From contig OZ037767.1 in the NCBI GenBank assembly GCA_964035545.1, positions 16,089,292-16,153,291 on the forward strand: a DNA stretch of 64,000 nucleotides. Direction: 5' to 3'. This document shows, piece after piece, positions 56,001 to 64,000 of the stretch. The position numbers and the translations under genes are program-made. The notes beneath the pieces are model-generated. The model ran no database searches. It worked only from the letters and a program-made list of their open reading frames with translations, and was not told the origin of the DNA. The stretch is from Bugula neritina. Lineage: Eukaryota; Animalia; Bryozoa. Position 1 is the first letter of the stretch; the number at the start of each line of letters is the position of its first letter.

Positions 56001-57558
56001 ACTCATCGATCCTCGGGAGAGGGTAAGCGTCCTGGATGGTCACGCTGTTCAGCCTGCAATAGTCAACGCAAAACCTCCAGCTACCATCCTTTTTCCGAAC
56101 CAGGACGACTGGAGAACTCCAGGCCCCATGGCCTGGCTCAATCAGGTCCCGGTTCAGAAGGTCTTGCACCTGACGGCTCACTTCTCTCTCTTTCTCAGGA
56201 CCTAACCGGCGGGTCGGCTGCCGAATCGGCGCCGTCCCCGCCGCCAGGGGTATCTCATGACAGACAGTCTTAGTCAGACCCATGTCATGGTCGCCGCAAC
56301 TAAACACGTCCTTGTACTCAGAGAGTAGCCGCGCCATCACCAGGCGTTCTCGCTTGCTCCCACAGCCATCACAGGCATCCTCGTACAACTCTGCTACGTG
56401 TTCAGGCACCGGCCCCCTGCCGTCTCTAGTGGGTACTCCCCGGGCGTCGTCCGCTGTTTCCAGCGCGGGCCCTACATCCTCCTCTTGCACGGAGTGGAAC
56501 TTCCCTACTAGAGACCCAGCCGGTAATTCTACCGGCTCCGTGAAAGGGTTTACGCACTGGACCAGGAACTCACCCCGCTCATCCAGTCTATTCAGACTGT
56601 TAGCGAGCTGGACGCCCCCCAGTGCACCTTCCACCACTCCGAGCTCGGAGATTTCCCTACAGTTCACTCTGCAGCGAACTGTAGCCCGGGAGCGCCCAGG
56701 TACAGTACAGCGCTGTACCACCTGCACTCCCCCCACCAAGGGTCGGCCAAATCGGTCGACACAGGCCAGCTCACGCCCCGCCATCACTACTGCCGACTTG
56801 CTAAAGTCTATGTAGCACCTGTGTCGTTTCAGAAATGGCATGCCCAAGATGGCATCCTCCTTGAGTTGACTGACGATGAAGGTCTCACTGATCATCTGAT
56901 CACGGACTCTACCAGTCAACTGGATTACCCCATAGAAAGGAATACACGACCCGTCCGCCAACGTGCCGTGCTCCCCTTCATATGGTTCTAGGCTAGCCCT
57001 GTCCTTGGCACTGAGAGTGTCGAAGAGACGTCGACTCAGTAGAATTGTGGTGCACCCAGTATCCAACAGGAATGTGGCAGCTTTATCAGCAATTTTGCCG
57101 GGGAGGAAATAGCTGCTTCCATATGGCTGAGCGCTCACTGAGCGATTTGTCTCTTGAGGCGACACCTCATGTGCATGGAGTTGGGGATGCACCTGTGCTT
57201 TTCGGTTGCGAGGGGGTCGTCGACGTTGCATGGGCGGGCAGGGTACGTCTCGGTCTCGCTCACACACGGGCGGCCGAGTGAATTCTCAGACTGATGCTCG
57301 TGTGGGCAACCGAGGAAAATCCCTGTTGTGCTCCGATTCGTCGTTCACTCCCTCATCAAGCAAACCTTCAAAGCGGTTTTTGAGTGCCCAAGCCGGAGGT
57401 ATTGGTGGGCCTTGCGGCCGACTCACTCTCCTTGGGGCTTGCCACTCTGGCGAAGGCGGCCTCCTCACCCGGTGGGGTGGGGGCCGTAGCCTCTGCCTTG
57501 GGGGGTTAAACTGGGGCCCACGGTAGGCGGAAGTTACCGTGGGCCGTCGCTGTTTAAC
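53020..57558 (-). pseudogene. pol: Pol polyprotein of Gypsy element 2 (protease, RT, RNase H, integrase), one frame with three nonsense codons
   Basis: FLLDTGC, WSSPVVLVRKKDGSWRFCVDY, YLDD, DTDAS..RELLAVV, HHCC, VAVDLVG..HSDQG..GVVE, GPY motif, RTPPSYLKDF tail. In-frame stops at 57286, 55942 (SG*WQ where SGYWQ is expected) and 53422. Confidence 0.92.
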
Positions 57559-57583
57559 CGCCTCCCACTGCCGCGGGGGCAAC

Positions 57584-58402
57584 TTAGAGGAAGTGCCCAC
57601 CACTACCACAGCCCCAGCATACAGGGCCGCGCCTGTCGTCGACAGCTACCGACGACCTCTTGGGTCTCTCGGCTGTCGCCTGCTGGCGCAGTTGCCTGAT
57701 CTCGGCTAGCAGTTCTCGAATCAAGCTCGTGGTTGAGCTAGATTCGTCTGCTGCTGCCGCTGCGACCTGTACATCTGTCTTCGCTGGCGACGTCGACACG
57801 TCGTCTGCCCCGACCTGCTGTACTGTCGCACCAGGTCGACTTGCACTGTCCGCTTGGAAATAGGCATTCCCAAGCCTTAGAGCTCTCTCCATAGTCTCAA
57901 CTTCGGCCACCAGCAGATGCTGTTTCAGACCGAGGTTGTTAATAGACTGGAGGAATGCATCCAGTGCTAGGCTCTGTCGACTGTCGGCAGGCAAGTCACT
58001 GTAAGCAACTTGTGCCAGTCGTTCGACTACGGTAGCGTGCTCTCGCAGATTGGTCTTAGGATTTCTCCTAAAACTCTGCAGTTGCACGCGAGCATCTCGA
58101 GCGGTTAATCCAAACCTAGCTCGTAGTGCTTCAAATATGTCACCAACATTCTGGCTTATCCCATAGGGTTTAGCCGGCCCTGTCAGACACAACCGCAGCT
58201 GGATCAGAGTAACCCTGTTCGGCCATCCGCAGATGTCCGCCACATCACTAAACTCAGTGATGAATTGCTCCACATCTTCTTCTCCTGAGAAGATGGGAGC
58301 CCGCAAGTGGTACCTGTCCATAGGCAGCGCTGGGCCGCTTATGTGATCCTCCTCTATTGCTGCTGGCTCCTGTCGGGGCGCGTCGACGACTTCGTCGGCC
58401 AT
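57584..58402 (-). CDS. gag: Gag of Gypsy element 2 (lesion inside the zinc knuckle)
   Basis: APIFSGEEDVEQF...CWGCGSGGHFL*. The knuckle's final Cys and ..RLNSDGPR* continue in a shifted frame. Confidence 0.88.
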   Translation of the reverse strand: MADEVVDAPRQEPAAIEEDHISGPALPMDRYHLRAPIFSGEEDVEQFITEFSDVADICGWPNRVTLIQLRLCLTGPAKPYGISQNVGDIFEALRARFGLTARDARVQLQSFRRNPKTNLREHATVVERLAQVAYSDLPADSRQSLALDAFLQSINNLGLKQHLLVAEVETMERALRLGNAYFQADSASRPGATVQQVGADDVSTSPAKTDVQVAAAAADESSSTTSLIRELLAEIRQLRQQATAERPKRSSVAVDDRRGPVCWGCGSGGHFL

Positions 58403-59769
58403 CTTACTCCCTGGCTAGGGGCATTCGTATTAAGTGGAATCCCACCGCTGCCACCAGTGTAGTGAATTTTGCCAGTTCACTATTATTATGTGTGGGTCTA
58501 CTTAATCAAAGCCACTGCACCAGGTTGTTTACGATAAGATACTTTATTATTTACACGAATACAAGAAGGTTATTTACTGCTAGCATGAATAGAAAACGAT
58601 TACATAATTAGTGAGCTTTAATACACAACTACTCTAAATGAAGTCCCAAGCTGCTCTGCCGGCTAGCTACTCAGCGCACTGCAACTACGAGTAGCTAGCT
58701 CCACCTGCTATCAATTAGTGTGACTGTCCTGATTGGTGGTTACTAGTGGTGCCACTGCTGTCCATAGCTACAATCCGACAGTGTCGAACTCACAAGATAA
58801 TAAACAATATAAAGTGAACCTTTTCGATTACTACAATAATAATTGCACTACTAAAATCTATCACAATATGAATGAATAGCCATCAAAATAATATGAATAT
58901 GAATATAGTTCTAAGCTCTGCATGAACAAACAAGGAAATATTATGATTAAATCTAAATAAAATCTGGGTTCTTGACACTCAAACTTCTAAATGAGAAAAT
59001 TGAATGACTTGCCTCTGACACGATAAGATAAGATAATATGTCTGGACTAAACTGTGCATCTTAACAGCTTTATGTTCTCCAAATTGTTAATACAAAAAAC
59101 TGGATAGCCAGAAGCTATATTCACATTGATATTTGTAAGAACCCCTTTGGAATGAATGCAATTGACTTCGAATTGACTTCGATGGTTAGTGATGATTGAA
59201 ATAAATTGCAAGACAATAATTGGCTAGATATGGGTGTAGAAGCTGCCAACTCATGAAATAACTACACCTGACCTAACTGAAGCACCAACATGTTAAATTA
59301 GTATGTTTCACATCACCATAGTTTCTATTAGATGATTAGAATAGAAAGCTAGCAGCTGATGGCAGTTTTCCTGGCTGATGGAAGGGTGGGTCTAAGTAAA
59401 ATTTTTAATTAATGCATCACCAACACTGCAGAAATGTTAGAATGAGTTTTGTCATTTAGATTATTAACAAAACAAAGTATTTTCAACACCCAGCACAAAA
59501 TATTTGATGAAACTATGTTTTCTCACACTACTATGGTTCCCTCCTGTTTAGTGTCTTGCTCATGTTATACACTCCTTGCTATGGAATAGTTCAAAGTACA
59601 CACTGGGAAAGAACAAAGTCTACCCTATGCTCAGGTGTGGACTCTTTCCCAGTAGTGTATCAAAATGCTCAGTTAGAAACAAATTATTATGGTGAGTTCT
59701 GGTGTAGTGTAGAATATTATGCTAAGAGCATGTGTATCTTTTACAGAATCTCCTTATCATATAACCAAG

Positions 59770-62700
59770 ATGGCAGAATCCAGAGTTGTGAAAAAAAGAC
59801 TAAACAACTCGTATCGCTGTGGGTACTGCTCGCAGTACTTCAACAAACTTGAAGACCCCAGAACTCTGCCCTGTCTGCATGTGTACTGCATGCGATGTTT
59901 GAAGACTGACATCGGTGGTAGGAAGGATCATATCAGATGTGCTTATTGTAGGTGAGTTACAGTAAATAACACAATATATCATGTCATAGACTTGCATATA
60001 ATTTTCTCACTATCATCTAGGAGTTGTCTGATCTGTGTCTATGAAAAGCTAACAATACTGTATATTCTATGTGAACTCTGGTTAAAAACTTGTGGATAAT
60101 GAATGTATTTTTGCTAATTATTTAAATCCAATTTAAATGCTCTCACTTTTTGTACCTTCTACCCTCTATAATTTTATATAATAGAGTTTTGTTAATCATT
60201 GTAATTGAAGTCAAAGTTTTGGCATCTGAAAAGGTGTCTATTATTAAGTACTTTGCTTAGTAATTAACAATAAGTTCTCACTTTTATTAGCAGACAAAGT
60301 TTTAGCGAACAGTCTTTTTCTACTTCTCAGATATATCTAGTGTCTTTTCATGGATCGATCGATCTGAGACAGTGATTGTGTGATAGCCTGTGGTCTATAT
60401 AATGAATGTGTGTTGATGAGTGATAAGTATCTATTTGAGTATTTGTCAAGGACATAGCTGTGTGTGTGGATGGAGTATTTCATTACTTGAGACATCATAT
60501 TATATCATACTTCCTGGTATACTAAACAGAGATAACACACTGATTAATATATTGTAGGAAAGATCACTATGACATAACAGACCCCACTACTCTACCTGTC
60601 GCAAAGCATGGAGACGTGCTGGAATATAAATCTCCACCCAAACCTGCACCCATGCCTTGCGATGTTTGTAAAGATGGAACAGAAGCTGCCACATTCTGTG
60701 TCGACAGTCAAAAGAGGTTGTGTCAGCAGCATCAAGAAGTGAGTCTTTCTTATATCATGTCTCAAGATTGGTTACTAAACCAGTTCTGGTTTGTGTGTAG
60801 AATATCATTGAAAGGAAATGTTGAGTCTGTGTGACTTTTTATACTAAACACACAGTTTCACAGTGCAGTGAGTCAACTATGACAGACTTGTTGGTGAAAA
60901 TACAACCAACTAAACTGTTGACCTTTATTATACAGACTCATAGAGAGCTGATGGGAGATAGACATCAGTTTATTGACATTGAGGTCTACAGAGCTTCTCC
61001 CCAAAGATATACTATAACTGAATGTGAACATCATAAACAGGAACAGCTGACAGAAGTGTGTTCCAAGTGTCACCAGATATTCTGTATGAGATGTGATATG
61101 AGGACTGGCTGTAAGGATAAGACAGGTATTTACTTGCTGTTTCTATTTTTGTAGAAAGAAACTGGGAAATATTACACGAACCTGTTATTGATTATTTTAT
61201 CATTAAAATAAGTTATGTAACAGCAAAAGAGGCCGTAGGTTTTTCAGACTGAGTTGATATGAATATTGAAACGAGATCTTGTGAAAAAAATTAAAAAAGA
61301 CACGCTAACGGCTAGAGGTGTTTGTCAGCATATTACGGTTTGTGTGAGACAGAAGTGGATAGTGCAGGAGTTTATATTCTCACTGTTATGTTGAATATTC
61401 AGTATATTTCATGCTTCAAGTGTCTGTTTCCTTGATAAGATGGTATAGACATAGCTTTAACTCACCGGTGTCCCACCTTTTTCAAACCATTCCGCCTTTT
61501 TATAAGTGTTTTCTATGAAGTTTCCCCCTTTTAAAAAACACTATTTTATATTTATAAAGAAAATCTGGGACAGGTTCTTTTCCCTAATAATTCTTTGAGT
61601 GTAAGAAAAGTCACTTAGTTTTTGACATGGACCAGTGTCTGCAACAACTTCAGTTGTTAGCTTTGAAAGCATTGATACTGCTATTAAAAGCTGTGAGTTG
61701 ATGATTATACTCATTCATTTTAGATTCAGATTTTTTAGTGGAGCAAATATATCTACTAGGTATTCAGTACATCATTTATAGAGATCAGTTCGGTACTGGC
61801 TGCAAAAAATTTCCTGTTGTTTTTTGCTTTAAAGAAACTTTTTAACCTCCATTCGTAGCAGGAGGGGTAGCAGCTAGGGTAGAGTGAATATTAGACACAT
61901 GGATGTAGAAGTAAACTTAGATTATAGAGTGTAGTGTGGATAAATAAGTGAACTACATAAAACGGAGGTTTTATAGTTATACATATACATGTAACTTAGA
62001 ATACAAGGGAAGCGCTTAAAAAGCTGGAAAAAGCTGTGTGAATTTTTTAAAAAGCAAAACCCCTTTTAAGCCCAAATTCTACGCAAGGAGGAGCTCCCCT
62101 AAGGTTGGAGCCACTGCTTTAAATTTTTTAACTACATTATTCCAAGTGCAGTGAATAATGAGCTAACCATGTGACATCTTTCTAGAATGTCCCTTTGTGT
62201 AAATTAGTGCTAGAGAAAGGTCAGCTATGATCAACTCAGATAGCAATACTTGAGACAGAGTCCAACTGTTTAGTAATTACATAGTATGTGTATAGTGATA
62301 CATCATCTACCTGTAGTCGCAGATAGTAGGTGTACAATATCATATCTAAAAGTATATTACTTTTATTAATAGTGTGGTTTTATGTATACAGAAGAGACAG
62401 TAGCATTCCATGACTTGGCATCTTTGAGTGATTTGTCTTGTGAGTTACGAGAAAGTCTGACTGGTGGAATCGAGACTCTGTCTGAGAAAGTTGCAGAGTT
62501 GAATGACATCTCAAAGGATGCTTGGAAAGAACTGAGTAAAATAGAAGATGAAGTGAAGAAGATGGTTGCCAGAGTAAACGCTGTAGCTGATGCTCAGGTA
62601 TGCTGACATATGGTGATGTCATCTAATGTATTTCTGTTTGTCTGAAATTAGGTTTTGCATTTGGTCTTTCAGTTGTAATCAGAAATGAATTTCATTTGTC

Positions 62701-63667
62701 ATTCAAATTAACTGGCCATTAAAGCATTATCATTCTGTGTGCAGGTAGCAGTAGTAATTCATCACATGTAAGCCTAGGGCTACACGGTGCGTATTTTCGC
62801 ATGCGAAAGTTGAAATCACAAGTAGCAAAGGTGTCCACTGTACGCGTTGAGAAAACATTCGCACTTGTCGCTCAGCATTCTCAACGCAAGTGCGAATCGT
62901 CTCTGTCGTCGTCACTTAATTGGCTGGTAGTTATTCAGCAGCCCAATTTCTTTATTTTAGTGCTACATTCCAGTACATTGCGTTTTATTAAAAGCGAGTG
63001 CGATTTAAAAATGAAAGCTTCATTTATCACGCACCACTGACGCTACAGTGGACACCTTTGCTACTTGTGATTTAATTTTCGCATGCGAAAATACGCACCG
63101 TGTGGCCCTAGGCTTACTCAGTGCAGAGGAACCTGCATGTCAATACAGATGACTCAATCATCCTTCTGCAACTGTCAATCAATCACTCAGAGAGAGGTTG
63201 GCTGTGTGAGTGATTGACAGGTGTCAGCAGGAGGAGACTAGTCACGTGATTTACTAGCCCTCTGCTGTGTATAATGAAGTGTCACATGACTGAGTCATTG
63301 TATTCTTAGTGGGTGGTTTGTCACTTTCATTTCAAGTGTAGAGGTTGTGAGGTTCAGAGGTGGTTATCCTGTGTTACTATTTATTAGATAGAAAAGATTA
63401 GAAAGAGAGCTACAAACCTGAGGCTAGAAATATATGGATATTTGAAGAGCTGCACACAGATAGTGGATAATTATAGAATAGAGCTGGCCTTGAGTAAGAC
63501 AATGGACAGACAGTCTCTGCTGGACACAGTACAACATGCAGTTGATAAGTTCAATGATGCAGGGATTGTGAGAGACTACAAAGAGATGAGTGGGAAGATG
63601 GAAAAGGCTACAGATCTTGGTGTAATAGAGAAGTGTGTACTTCCAGACAGCATCTTGGTACCAACAT
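59770..63667 (+). CDS. TRIM/RBCC E3 ligase copy B, exons 1-5 (continues past the window end)
   Basis: Exons 59770-59951, 60558-60738, 60936-61125, 62392-62597 and 63388-63667 match copy A in size and phase, open frame. Confidence 0.9.
62772..63113. mobile_element. PIF/Harbinger-type MITE, family 1 (same intron position as 14984)
   Basis: Same TIRs and flanks as in TRIM copy A. Confidence 0.85.
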
Positions 63668-64000
63668 GTAGGTGGAGTCTATAAATAGTAACACCAACTA
63701 TAAATAACTTTCTGCTTGTAATCAGTTAAATTGCTTTCATTGAATATTTAAATAGGAGAATAAAGAGAAGCCTCTGATAATTCGAAAAGTTGATGGAATT
63801 TATTTATTAGAGAATTGAGTTTTGTTCTACTTTCACATTATGAGACATCTCTGCAGTGTTTCAGAGTTTATGATGTATGAGTGAGTTGCTAAAGTGTGTT
63901 ATGCTGACTACGTGCTGTAGGTATTACCAAAATATTCTCACTTAGACCTGTGCATTACGCAGCAACTTGTAGTAACTACAGACTGCTTGTATTTAAAATA

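Larger units (their letters stand above)
51348..58865 (-). mobile_element. Full-length Ty3/Gypsy LTR retrotransposon 2, recently inserted but disabled, antisense in the inferred intron 1 of TRIM copy B
   Basis: 408-bp LTRs 58458-58865 and 51348-51755 differ at about 3 sites. TSD ATAT. tRNA-Leu PBS 58437-58456. Domain order gag-PR-RT-RH-IN. Confidence 0.95.

Noticed and set aside
53529-57863. Numerous plus-strand ORFs antisense to Gypsy-2 pol, and minus-strand ORFs over Gypsy-1
   Set aside because: Shadow ORFs of GC-rich coding sequence with no recognisable motifs.

Overview
AT-rich metazoan (invertebrate-like) nuclear DNA with spliceosomal introns and no prokaryotic features. The window holds two tandem copies of a composite unit: [left block L] - [variable slot] - [right block R with a 3-exon, 78-aa microprotein gene] - [TRIM RING/B-box/B-box/coiled-coil/beta-propeller gene]. 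In unit 1 the slot (1093-5612) holds a 5'-truncated, intron-containing INSM/Nerfin zinc-finger gene fragment (+). In unit 2 the same slot (21981-35558) holds a 5'-truncated 15-exon BUB1 kinase fragment (-) with minisatellite-filled introns and five ABBA-like motifs. Both fragments show an apparent reading-frame lesion. Unit 2 is expanded by two related tRNA-Leu-primed Ty3/Gypsy LTR elements, a hAT-type foldback element with an inverted partial copy, and PIF/Harbinger-type MITEs. One Gypsy element lacks RT/RNase H/integrase core and carries a spliced C2H2 zinc-finger + coiled-coil accessory gene. An RTE LINE fragment, a solo LTR and a tRNA-like SINE head are also present. All exon models were built by hand from splice signals and phase; no database search was run.
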